Source: Coleofasciculus sp. B1-GNL1-01
Lineage (GTDB): Bacteria > Cyanobacteriota > Cyanobacteriia > Cyanobacteriales > Coleofasciculaceae
Assembly (NCBI GenBank): GCA_040220235.1
Contig: JAVJTO010000047.1
Reading direction: 5' to 3' (one strand)
DNA: 64,000 nucleotides
Part shown: in pieces, positions 29,724 to 40,300 of the stretch
How the letters are laid out: every line of letters starts with the position of its first letter
How positions within the stretch are numbered: position 1 is the first letter of the stretch
The notes under the pieces: generated by a model
Told to the model about the DNA's origin: nothing
The model's database searches: none
What the model saw: only the letters and a program-made list of their open reading frames with translations
Translations under genes and position numbers: made by a program

Positions 29724-30149
29724 GGGTGGGGTGTCGTTATACTGGAAACAAGGTGGTTTAATAGCTTGCTGACAGTATCGAACGCCCTTTGGATGACTTC
29801 AATGGGAAAAAGTCGGATGGTTCGCTGAGGCTCGTATCAGGTTTTGTCAGTTCCGGGGGTAAGTAACATCAGGAAAAGTCTGTCATTTGTCATTCGTCAT
29901 TCGTCATACTCGCTCCCTTGAGAAGCAAGCTACGTCATTTGTGGAAGAGTGCTTGCACTCCATTGGGGCGGGTTTAGTAACATTCGGGTGAAAACGAAAC
30001 GTTAACGGTAAAACCCGCCCCTACAACAGACGTTCCATCTCCCCCTGCTCCCCCTGCTCCCCCTGCTCCCCCTGCTCCCCCATCTTCCCCAACTCCCCAT
30101 CCCCCCATCCTCAAAGCTAAACTGGTAACATCTCAATCACTAACCTGAG

Positions 30150-31151
30150 ATGCAAACGATCGCCATTACTCTTACGGATGACCACTGGGTGAAGTTGCAA
30201 GGCATGGCAGCTCACCTAGACACTTCCCCTGAAACCTTGATTTTGATGGGTGTTGAGCAGATTCTCACTCATACCCCCTCTTCAACATCAGCGTCAGAAT
30301 CACAGCCACAACAGAGTCTTCCTGAATACCCTCAACTCAACTCGGAAATGGACAAACGCAAGCAAGGCGAAGCCGAAATTCTGCAGGCTTTAGCCAAAGA
30401 GAAACAACGGGGAGACTTAAAATCTCAGGTTCTATCCATCACTTCTCATGAGTTCCGCACACCCCTGACGACGATTCTGTCTACGGCTGAATTGTTGGAA
30501 CATTACCAATGGACAAAAGCTGAACAAGTAGAACAGTTGCATCTGATTCAGGAAACCGTACAACAGATGCTGCAATTGTTAGAAAATATGCAGTTCGTCG
30601 GTACGGCTGATGTGGAACAACTCCTTTTTACTCCCGCCCCTGTGGAACTCCATGACTTTTGCCAACAGTTAGTGACTCAGATTCAGCAAGGTTTAACCGT
30701 CAAACACTTAACCGATGATCCCAATCAAGCCTATACTCTCACCTTCATGAGTCAAGTTACTTGTTTACCCGCCATGATGGATGAAAAACTGCTGCGACAA
30801 ATGCTGTCTAACTTGCTATCCAATGCGATTAAATACTCTCCGGTGGGCGGTACGATTCGATTCAACTTAGCCCGTGAGGGAGAGAATGCTTGCTTTGAGA
30901 TTCAGGATCAGGGAATTGGTATCCCGGTAGAGGATATACCCCACCTGTTTGATTTTTTCTATCGGGGTAACAATGTGGGCGCGATCGCGGGAACAGGATT
31001 GGGGTTAGCAATTGTTAAGCAATGTGTTGATCTGCACCAGGGACAAATTGATGTAACCAGTGACATTGGTGTAGGTACGACGTTTACGGTTCGCTTACCT
31101 TTAATCAGCGATCGCCAGGGAAAAATGCCAGAGTCAGCAGACTGGGGCTAG
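30150..31151 (+). CDS. Cytoplasmic histidine kinase with short RHH-like N-terminus
   Basis: SHEFRTPL H-box, NLLSNAIKYS, DQGIGI, GTGLGL. Confidence 0.92.
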   Translation: MQTIAITLTDDHWVKLQGMAAHLDTSPETLILMGVEQILTHTPSSTSASESQPQQSLPEYPQLNSEMDKRKQGEAEILQALAKEKQRGDLKSQVLSITSHEFRTPLTTILSTAELLEHYQWTKAEQVEQLHLIQETVQQMLQLLENMQFVGTADVEQLLFTPAPVELHDFCQQLVTQIQQGLTVKHLTDDPNQAYTLTFMSQVTCLPAMMDEKLLRQMLSNLLSNAIKYSPVGGTIRFNLAREGENACFEIQDQGIGIPVEDIPHLFDFFYRGNNVGAIAGTGLGLAIVKQCVDLHQGQIDVTSDIGVGTTFTVRLPLISDRQGKMPESADWG

Positions 31152-31496
31152 AGATTAGCATTGAGACTCGCGCCTTTTCTCTAAAAACGGCGACAACTAT
31201 CCACATCTGGGGTCATAAAAATTACAATCAACATCCAATTATTTTCTCTAGAAAAAGAAAAAACAGTAACAAATATCAATAAATTTCTATGGGTTTTAAC
31301 GGTTTAATTTTAAAATACTGTACATAACCATCAACAAACATCTAAGTCATCATTTTTCCTGGCTTCGACAAGCCCAAATTTTTACCAGGATTGGGTTCTA
31401 CCGCCTAACGTCTAACCTGTTCAACCGGAAAGCGATAATACTCGCCTCGTTTTCCAACTTGCTCCCATTGGGCGAGATATCCAGCGAGCTATAGTC

Positions 31497-33179
31497 ATGA
31501 CGACGATTTTAGTAATTGAAGACGAAAAAGCCATCCACAGGAATCTACTTAAACTACTGAATGCCGAAGGATTCGAGACGCTCAGTGCCGATAATGGTAA
31601 CACAGGGGTGCAATTGGCTCAAACTCAACAACCTGATTTGATTATCTGCGATATCCTGATGCCGGGATTAGATGGTTATGGTGTACTCCATATCCTACAA
31701 CAAGACCCCTCAACGGCGACAATTCCCTTTATCTTCCTCACCGCCAAGACAAAACAAGCGGATATGCGCCAAGGTATGACATTGGGGGCGGATGATTACC
31801 TGACTAAGCCCTTTACTCGCGCCCAAATCCTCAGTGCGATCGAGGCGCGATTACAAAAGGTAAAATTACGCCAACAGCAGTCTGTTATCAATCCAAATCT
31901 GCCCAATCGTCGGTTACTCCAGAAACGCTTTAATCAGCTAGATAAACCGGGAAATCAGGGTAAACTCCAGATTTTCCTCTTGTCGCTGGAAATTGAACAA
32001 CTTAACCAACTCAACAATAACCTAGGACTTACCATTGGTGATCAATTACTCCAAGCCGTTGTCGAACGCTTAAACCGTCAGTTAGGACAGGAGGATGCGA
32101 TCGCTCAAATCGGTAGCAATCATTTTATCATTCTCTTGAGTCGAAGTTATCACCAACCTGAGAGGATTCAACTTGTCGAAACCTTGCTAGAGGCGTTTGA
32201 TTCGCCGTTTCAGGTAGGCTCTCATCAAATCTTCCGATCTGCCTACATTGGTATTGCTATTTTAGGACGTGATGGTCGAGATCTCGACACCCTAATTAGA
32301 CACGCTAGTGTCGCCAGAGAAGAAGCTAAACAACTGGGGAATCGTCGCTATCAGTTTTACATTGCTTCAATTGGCGCAAAATCCCAAGAAGCGTTTGAGT
32401 TAGAAGCCCAAATGCGTCAAGCCTTAGAACGGCAGGAATTTCAGCTTTATTATCAACCGAAAGTCAATCTGCTCACCGGACAGATTGAGGGGGCGGAAGC
32501 CTTAGTGCGCTGGAATCATCCCCAACGGGGGATTATTTCGCCCGTTGAATTTATTCCCTTAGCCGAAAAAACCGGGCTAATTGTGCCATTGGGCGAATGG
32601 GTACTCAGACAAGCTTGTCACCAAGCGCGAGTCTGGCAAGATCAGGGAATTTATCCCTTACGAATTGCTGTTAATTTATCCCCTCGTCAGTTTAATCAAT
32701 CTAATTTAGCTAATTTTGTTGTAGACATTCTCCAGGAAACGGGATTGAATCCCCATTATTTAGAGTTAGAACTGACCGAAAGTACATTAGTGCAAAATCC
32801 CGATACCGCAATTGCGACATTAAAGCAATTTCAATCTTTAGGAATTCGCATTTCTATTGATGATTTTGGTACAGGATATTCGGCGCTAAGTCAGTTAACA
32901 AAATTTCCCTTTGATGTCTTAAAAATTGACCGTTCCTTTGTCTGTAAAGTGACTGAAAATAGTCGGGATGAAGCGATTACAACAGCAATTTTAGACATGG
33001 CTCGTAGACTCAATTTAAAGGTTGTCGCCGAAGGGGTGGAGACGCTCAGTCAATTGAATTTCCTCAAAGGACATCAGTGTGATGAAATCCAGGGGTATTG
33101 GTTTAGTCCGCCTTTATCGGCTGAGGCGTTTGCTGATTTGCTGAGTACGGGAAAAAAGTTTCCCCTATTGTCAAGTTAA
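31497..33179 (+). CDS. Response regulator REC-GGDEF(degenerate)-EAL phosphodiesterase
   Basis: IEDE..CDILMP..LTAK..KPF; GGDEF replaced by GSNHF; EAL, DDFGTGYS, EGVE intact. Confidence 0.93.
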   Translation: MTTILVIEDEKAIHRNLLKLLNAEGFETLSADNGNTGVQLAQTQQPDLIICDILMPGLDGYGVLHILQQDPSTATIPFIFLTAKTKQADMRQGMTLGADDYLTKPFTRAQILSAIEARLQKVKLRQQQSVINPNLPNRRLLQKRFNQLDKPGNQGKLQIFLLSLEIEQLNQLNNNLGLTIGDQLLQAVVERLNRQLGQEDAIAQIGSNHFIILLSRSYHQPERIQLVETLLEAFDSPFQVGSHQIFRSAYIGIAILGRDGRDLDTLIRHASVAREEAKQLGNRRYQFYIASIGAKSQEAFELEAQMRQALERQEFQLYYQPKVNLLTGQIEGAEALVRWNHPQRGIISPVEFIPLAEKTGLIVPLGEWVLRQACHQARVWQDQGIYPLRIAVNLSPRQFNQSNLANFVVDILQETGLNPHYLELELTESTLVQNPDTAIATLKQFQSLGIRISIDDFGTGYSALSQLTKFPFDVLKIDRSFVCKVTENSRDEAITTAILDMARRLNLKVVAEGVETLSQLNFLKGHQCDEIQGYWFSPPLSAEAFADLLSTGKKFPLLSS

Positions 33180-33264
33180 ATCGATTGACCCAATAAAATC
33201 TCAGTGTTCTGATTACAGTCCTCTTCATATCACAGGCGTTTAAACATTGCTTTAGCTTCTCGAT

Positions 33265-33639
33265 TTATAATGTCCCCTGAGATGGGCAATAGGCAACCTG
33301 ACGAATTTCCTCTAAAACCACCTCCAGATTAGTCATAACATCTTGATTTTGGTAGCGAATCACTCGATAACCATAAGCTTCTAAATGTTTTGTTCTCGTT
33401 GTATCATAGTCCTGTCGTTGCTGATGAATTGCCCCATCAACTTCAACAACCAGTTTGCATTCTGGGCAGTAGAAATCGACTATAAAATGCCCAATAGGAT
33501 GCTGACGGCGAAATTTTAAGCCATTGAGTTTTCGTCCTCTCAAAGCTTGCCATAGTTTTTGTTCGGCTGGAGTCTGAGTTTGACGAAGTTGCTTGGCGGC
33601 GGCTTCAATGTGAGGTGTGGTTCCTCGGATTCTTGTCAT
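33265..33639 (-). CDS. DUF559 (Vsr-like) endonuclease domain protein
   Basis: TPAEQKLWQALR, KFRRQHPIG.FIVDFYC, VEVDG..H, GYRVIR. Confidence 0.92.
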   Translation of the reverse strand: MTRIRGTTPHIEAAAKQLRQTQTPAEQKLWQALRGRKLNGLKFRRQHPIGHFIVDFYCPECKLVVEVDGAIHQQRQDYDTTRTKHLEAYGYRVIRYQNQDVMTNLEVVLEEIRQVAYCPSQGTL

Positions 33640-33646
33640 TGTTTCA

Positions 33647-33812
33647 GCCCTCATCCCCTAACCCCTTCTCCCAAATTTGGGAGAAGGGGAACCGGACTAT
33701 TGTAATAATTTCCTTTCAGTTTACTACAAATTCAGATGTGCAAGATTTGACTGTTTTATTTATCCGACTCCCCCTCTCCCAGACTTGGGAGAGGGGGCTG
33801 GGGGGTGAGGGC
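33647..33812. repeat. Inverted pair of CCCC(T)TCTCCCA-N4-TGGGAGA(A)GGGG palindromes
   Basis: GCCCTCATCCCC... at left and ...GGGGGTGAGGGC at right; related copy near 56892-56932. Confidence 0.85.
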
Positions 33813-34911
33813 GAAACGTCCATTCCTGATTGCCAATGCGGATAATATTCCCTGGCGTTAGGCTACAAGGCTGATGGGGAGTAAGCCGTTGTCCGTTGAC
33901 AAATGTACCATTAGAACTACCCACATCAGTTAACTGGTACTGAATTTGACCCTGAGCATCTCTGGATTGGGTAATCTGAGCATGATAGCGGGAACTTAAC
34001 CCATCATCCAGAACCAAAGTATTATTCGGTTCTCGTCCAATCGTGCAGGTGCTGACGGATAAATTGAATGTCGCACCCGATGCGTTGTGAACTAGATGCG
34101 CCTGTACTCCACTAGCGGGTTGGGCAATTATCGTGGGCGCTAATACGGGTTTATCTCTTACAGGTAACTTGGCTGGGGATTCTTCGGCGCTGGGTAAGGA
34201 ATTGGGTTGAGGAGAAGTACCGAAAGCGGGAGGGTTCCCATTCGGGGACTGTGGTGCAACAATATTAACGTGCTGTATAGGCGGTGGGGGGATAACCGGA
34301 CGATTTGCTTCGGCGATTTGCATTTTTAAGGCGGCTTCGTGTTCCGCTTCCTGTCGCGCACTCATTCCCTCAACTTGACGAATAATTCCTTTCGTCTGGG
34401 GAAAGTTGATATCACTGACTCGCACGTCTTCTAGGGCAAAGCCTAGGGAATAGGATATCTCGGCATGGTCAAGTAGGTATTGTCGGATATGGACTCGTCC
34501 CTGGTTTACTAATTGTTCCATCCGCAATTGACCCACTGCTACCCCTAAATTATCTTTTACCGCACTCGTCAGCGCTGCAATGGGATCGGAGAGTTCCAGG
34601 GCTACCCGTCTCGCATCCACGACTTGGTACATGACGTTGAGGGAGATATTAATCAAATATTGGTCACGGGATAAGAAATCTCCTTGGGAGACGATTTCCA
34701 GGTTGCGAATCTTGCTATCAACCAGAACCAGTTCACATTGTTCGAGAAGGGGTAAGGCGAAGCTGAAATGACGCCCCGGTTTCAATTTGCGGACAAATTT
34801 CCCATTTTTGACCAACAAACCGGTATAACCTGCGCCGATAAAGTCCATACTCCACCCAACCCAGCGTTCTGGGTTTAGCGTTTGGATAAGGGGGGAAGTG
34901 GTGCTAGACAT
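33760..34911 (-). CDS. SPFH/Band-7 domain + FHA domain protein
   Basis: GLLVKNGKFVRKLKPG, FLSRDQ, YQVVD, LEDVRVSDI (SPFH); IGREPNN, SSRYHA, GSSNGTFVNG (FHA); start placed at MSSTT. Confidence 0.85.
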   Translation of the reverse strand: MSSTTSPLIQTLNPERWVGWSMDFIGAGYTGLLVKNGKFVRKLKPGRHFSFALPLLEQCELVLVDSKIRNLEIVSQGDFLSRDQYLINISLNVMYQVVDARRVALELSDPIAALTSAVKDNLGVAVGQLRMEQLVNQGRVHIRQYLLDHAEISYSLGFALEDVRVSDINFPQTKGIIRQVEGMSARQEAEHEAALKMQIAEANRPVIPPPPIQHVNIVAPQSPNGNPPAFGTSPQPNSLPSAEESPAKLPVRDKPVLAPTIIAQPASGVQAHLVHNASGATFNLSVSTCTIGREPNNTLVLDDGLSSRYHAQITQSRDAQGQIQYQLTDVGSSNGTFVNGQRLTPHQPCSLTPGNIIRIGNQEWTFRPHPPAPSPKSGRGGVG

Positions 34912-35511
34912 GAGCGGTTCGTGAGTAACAGGAGTGGGCAGGTTATGTATTTTTAGACTAACAAAGCTTGGCTGGATTCCGGCATGGCAATGATGACGGG
35001 ATGGATAGCCGTTCGGTTTCGGGTTCGTTCCCCGCTGAGTATCGCCTATTACCAGAAAACATTGTAGGGGCGACCCGCCGCACACAATTTACACCGCCCA
35101 GCCATTAATTGGATCGGGTCGCCCTCCAGAGGATATCGGTCATTAAAAACCCATACAAAATAGCGAGCGAGACGCTCGCACTACAACCGTTTACCGTTCT
35201 CTATTCCCTGTTCTCCTTTCCCTATCTTCACCACAATCCCAACCTTTACAGCGCTTTTCACGTTTATGGAATACAAAATTGTATCGGCTTGCTTTTCAGC
35301 GCAATGATCGTCTGTAGTCTACTAACTTGAAAACTGCTGTAATTAGCTGACCCGCTTACATAAAAAGGGCGAGTCGAGACAGGTTAATTCTCACACCGCC
35401 TGACTTTGTGCAGCGACTCGCCCCTACAATACAATATTTATTTGAAAACTCTCTATCTGTTAGTCCGCGATCGCTTACAGGAGGAAAACCGGATTCAACC
35501 GGATAGGATAT

Positions 35512-37161
35512 TTATTTACTATTCCCTGGTTCTTTCCAAAAAACAATGGAATCACTTAAGGGTTGAACTTGGGTTCCCGGATAGTAAAATGTGAGAATGT
35601 CCTCCCCTGACCAACCGAGATTCGCTAAGTTATAGGAACCATATTGGCTCAAACCAACGCCATGTCCAAAGCCGCCGCCCACATAAGCATAGCCTTTGAG
35701 GGTTTTATCCTCTTTATTGCCACCGTAAAGTGGTTCAAGGTAAAAGAGGGTACTGCGAGGGGGATAAAAGGCGCTACGGATTTCATTTTTCTGGAGTTCA
35801 ACCACACCCTTATCTGTTTGCACATCCAGTTTGATGATACGTCCGGCGGGCGATCGCTTGACAACTTGCATCTGTTGTATGGTGGTAAACTCAGCGAGCG
35901 GATGTTTGATTTTTTCCAAATAGCGCCGCAAATCTTTCTGAATTTGTTCCAGGGAGTTTTCTACCCGCCACCGGAAGGGAGATCTGCCACTTTCGTTGAA
36001 CCCTTCTTTCAAGTTAATGAATTCGCGGAAGTTTTGCTCATTTCCTAAAGGCTTCTCAGATAAATCCCAAATCGGCTGGGGCGAGTCAATCACGGCTTTT
36101 AAATACGGACGTTCTGACCCGTTCCAGGAATCACCAAAGGGGGCGGTGACACCGCCAGAGGTGGAGGAATATAAGGCGTCTACGAGCTGATTATTATAAG
36201 TTAAAACTAGCCCCTGAGTTTTCGCGATCGCGCGATCCGCCGTGGGAACGGTTCCTGTGAGTCCGCGATAGACTTGACAATGGGTATTTGCACAGAGTTG
36301 GTAATTGTCTGCTGTAAATCGACGCAGATTGCGGAGGGCGTAGGTGCGAGCAATAATGGTTTGTGCTTCTACGGCTGCATAGGGTGCCCCTGGTCCAATT
36401 TCATGGGGGACAACACCACGCAGATAGGTTTCTAAGGGAACGTCATTCACCAGGGTGTAAGTCCCGTAAGCATTGGGCTGGATTTTCAGACTTCCTGCAT
36501 ACAGACGCGGGTTGCGCTTATCTTCACCGCGAATCACCTGGATTAAATCATTCTCCGAGTCAATCTCTATCCATTGGCGATTATACCGATAGCCATCCAC
36601 CACAAATGACACTCGCGGTACTTGGGGTAGAACTTGACTTTCTAGTCTGACTGTGCTATGCCCTTGAGCTTGGAGACTTTGCAGCAACAGGCGTCGCAGC
36701 AGGGGCGTCTGATAGACATCGCGTTTTGCCCAAACTTGCCAGCGTTCCGGCTGCGCCACTTCCACCTGAATCCCCCGTGAACGCCACTGATTTGCCGCAT
36801 CTTCGGCGGTTTCAAAGGTGGCGTGATCGCTGAGGACTAAATATTCAGCTAAAACGGGTTGGGATAAGGGTTGCGTCGCCACTTCCAGCGTCACCTGATC
36901 GGTTTCCAGGGTTTGGGGTTGCATATCCCCTGCCAAAAACCGCAAACTCAAGCTATCCCCAGGTGTCGCTTTTAGGGTCAGTTCGTCGGTGGGTTCTGAG
37001 CCAAAACGCTGCACCACACCCACTTTCAGATTTACATCCTCCGCTTGAGCTGGCTTACTTCCAGAGAGTCCCCAAAAACATAACGCGATCGCGCAGGCTT
37101 TCAGGACAGTGGGGATTGATGATTTGTGATTGGGGATTAGGGAAGAGTTTTTCGTCTGCAT
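35512..37161 (-). CDS. SpoIID/LytB domain protein (peptidoglycan lytic enzyme)
   Basis: LETYLRGVVPHE, ARTYAL, CQVYRG, GGGFGHGVGLSQYG. Confidence 0.93.
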   Translation of the reverse strand: MQTKNSSLIPNHKSSIPTVLKACAIALCFWGLSGSKPAQAEDVNLKVGVVQRFGSEPTDELTLKATPGDSLSLRFLAGDMQPQTLETDQVTLEVATQPLSQPVLAEYLVLSDHATFETAEDAANQWRSRGIQVEVAQPERWQVWAKRDVYQTPLLRRLLLQSLQAQGHSTVRLESQVLPQVPRVSFVVDGYRYNRQWIEIDSENDLIQVIRGEDKRNPRLYAGSLKIQPNAYGTYTLVNDVPLETYLRGVVPHEIGPGAPYAAVEAQTIIARTYALRNLRRFTADNYQLCANTHCQVYRGLTGTVPTADRAIAKTQGLVLTYNNQLVDALYSSTSGGVTAPFGDSWNGSERPYLKAVIDSPQPIWDLSEKPLGNEQNFREFINLKEGFNESGRSPFRWRVENSLEQIQKDLRRYLEKIKHPLAEFTTIQQMQVVKRSPAGRIIKLDVQTDKGVVELQKNEIRSAFYPPRSTLFYLEPLYGGNKEDKTLKGYAYVGGGFGHGVGLSQYGSYNLANLGWSGEDILTFYYPGTQVQPLSDSIVFWKEPGNSK

Positions 37162-37324
37162 GATACCAAGTTACATGTTGTAGGTTGGGTTGAGGGACGA
37201 AACCCAACTTATTATTTCAGCGTTGACACATTAGTCAGGGCGGGTTTAGTTACGTCTTGGTGCTGTCATAAACGATAGTAGTGAAACCCGCCCCTACATA
37301 CTCAACACTCAACACTCAAATTAA

Positions 37325-40300
37325 TCAAGCCTCACTACCACTAAACAGGACTTCACCCTGAATCATCCGCTGAGCTGCATCGAGCAGCACTTCTTCCAGA
37401 TAAGGTTTGGTAAAGTAACCACTCGCGCCCAGTTGGGCTGCCATTTGCCGATGTCGTTTCGCCCCACGAGAGGTGAGCATGGCAATGGGTAACTGGCTGA
37501 GATTCTCATCTTTCTGGAGTCGAGAGAGGAGTTCTAATCCATCCATTCTCGGCATTTCGATATCGCAGAATACAATATCACAGGGTAAGCCTGACCGAAG
37601 TTTATCCCAGGCTTCTTGACCATCGCGGGATTGTTCCACCCGATAGCCCGCTTTGGCAAAGGTCATTGACAGGAGTTCACGAACTGTAATTGAGTCATCC
37701 ACAATCAAAACGAGTGGCTCATGGGGAGTTTCTGGGGCTTGCTCAATTCCTGCACCTTCGCTGTCCCCTCTCGACCAAATCGTCACACTGTCTTTCCGCA
37801 GGCGTCCGCTGGCGAGGTCAATCAGTTCTAACACATCGGCAATGGGCATGATTCGACCATCTCCTAAGACTGTTGCCCCAGCAATACCAATGGGTTTAGG
37901 CGGAGGACCTTCGAGTTGTTTAATCACGATTTCCTGTTCACCTAAGACCTGATCCACTTCGATGGCGATGAATGTTCCAGAACTGCGTAGCACAACAATT
38001 GAGACGAGGTCGTCTTCTCGCTTACCCCCATAAACATTACCCCGACTAATTGAACGGTTGTAAGAGAGCAATTCACTCAGGGGTTGCACCGAGACTAACG
38101 TGTCCCGCCAGGAGACACCGACTTGACCGTTGGCATCTTTTTGTAAGCGATCTTGAGGCACATCAAACATATCTTCCACCCCATCCATGGGAAAGGCAAT
38201 GCGAGCGCGATCGCTCAAACAGCATAGGGCTTTACAAATACTCAGGGTTAAGGGTAGCCGAATGGTAAAGGTTGTGCCTTTTCCTAACGCCGAATCAATG
38301 TAGATTGCGCCCCGAATTTCGCTCAAACTGGTGCGGACAACATCCATCCCCACACCGCGTCCGGCGAATTCACTGGCTTCGTCTTTGGTACTAAAACCGG
38401 GGTGGAACAGAAAGTCATACAACTCTGTATTGGTTAGGTCTTTCGCCTCGCCTGGGGTGATCAGTTTCTTCTCAATTGCTTTTCGTTTAATCCGTTCGGG
38501 GTCAATACCCGCGCCATCGTCGGAAATGGCAATCACCGTTTGGTTCCCTTGGTGGAACGCTCGCAGACTAATTTGACCCACAGCAGGTTTACCCATATCT
38601 TGCCGTTCGTCTGGGGATTCAATGCCATGGGTAATGGCATTATTGACCAAGTGGGTTAAGGGATCATAAAGGTGTTCTAGGATCATTTTGTCGAGCAAGG
38701 TTTCTCGACCATCCACTTGCAGTTGGGCTTCCTTGCTTAACTTGATAGAAATTTCCCGCACCGGACGAGTCAAACGGTCAGCAGCATTGGCAAACGGAAC
38801 CATGCGCGATCGCGTCAGTCCTTCTTGGAGTTGAGTGGTCACCTGTCGTAAGTTGCGAGCCACCTGATCGGTTTCATCCACCAAGAATTCCACGTCAGAC
38901 GCCGATTCCCGCACTTGCACAATTAACTCGATCATCTCTTGGGAGAGTAAATGGAAGCCAGTAAAGCGATCCATTTCCAAGGGATGATAATCTTCAGAGG
39001 ATTCAGAATCAGACTCTTGGGATGCAGGTGCAGCATTTTCTGACCCAAATATAGAACGAGAGCGCTGTTGACTTTGACTACTGGCTAACAGAGAACTCTC
39101 CAGCAGCGATCGCTCATACAAATCTCGCATCCGCGCCCCGACATCGCTCAACGCCGAAACTTGATGCTGTAAATTATCCAAAAATTGCCGCAGCCTTTCT
39201 TGGTCTTGTTCTAAGCTATTACGACTGACAACGAGTTCTCCCACCAAGTTATTGAGACTATCGAGGTGCTTGACTGGAACTCGCATTGTCTGTTCAAAGA
39301 TGCGAGGGGGACGCCGACTGGGTAAAGGGGCGGTTTGTCGCGAACCTGTAGTTGTTGTTGTAGCTGAACCTCCCATGGTTTTATCAGCGTCCTGGAGGAG
39401 GATTTCCAACTCTTTATCTATATCTAGGTCATCTTTAGTTTGAGATTGGGGAGTTTGAGCTACCTCTTGAGTTGTTTCCTGGTCGCCTAAGAGGATTTCT
39501 AAATCCTCAAACGACTCGGTTTGTGAGGGAGTATCACTCAGCATGGCTTCTAAATCCGCAAACTCATCGCCGCTTTCACTGGTCAATGCTGCTGGAGTTT
39601 CCCCATCCAGCATGGCTTCTAAATCCGCAAACTCATCGCCACTTTCACTGGTCAATGCTGCTGAAGTCTCCCCGTCCAGCATGGTTTCTAAATCCGCAAA
39701 CTCATCGCCACTTTCACTGGTCAATGCTGCTGAAGTCTCCCCATCCAGCATGGTTTCTAAATCCGCAAACTCGTCAGCGCTTTCTCGGGGTGAATCCAAA
39801 TCCCATTCGGTTTCTGCCAGGGTTGCTAATGAAAAATCATCATCAACAGTTGCTTCTTCCAGACTAAAAAGTGCGTCTAGATCTTGATCCGATGGGGTTT
39901 CTGGGATGTCCCAATCCCCAAATACATCGGCAGCACTGTCCGATGTTTCTGGTTGCGGTGTCTCTACAGATTCATCCGTTAACCAATCTTCATCTAAATC
40001 CTCTAGTTCGGCGCTTGGGGCTACTTCTGCCTCCTCTTCGGCAGCAAATAAGTCGTCTAGATCTTCGTCCGATGGTGTTTCTGGGATGTCCCAATCTCCA
40101 AATAGATCAGCAGCACTGTCCGATGTTTCCGGTTGCGGTGTCTCTACAGATTCATCGATTAACCAATCTGCCTCTAAATCCTCTGGCTCGGCGCTCTCAG
40201 CTAAGGCTTCTTCCTCTTGTTCGCCGAATAAGTCGTCTAAGTCTTCGCTCGACGCTGTTTCTGGAGTTTCCCACTCGCCCCATATATCCGTTTGAGTGTC

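Noticed and set aside
31497..33179. Possible bifunctional cyclase/phosphodiesterase
   Set aside because: GGDEF motif is GSNHF, so cyclase activity is unlikely; this degenerate architecture is common
34965..35046. GC-rich stretch with GGGTTCGTTCCCC resembling a tRNA T-arm or riboswitch
   Set aside because: No acceptor, D or anticodon arms and no riboswitch consensus I could match
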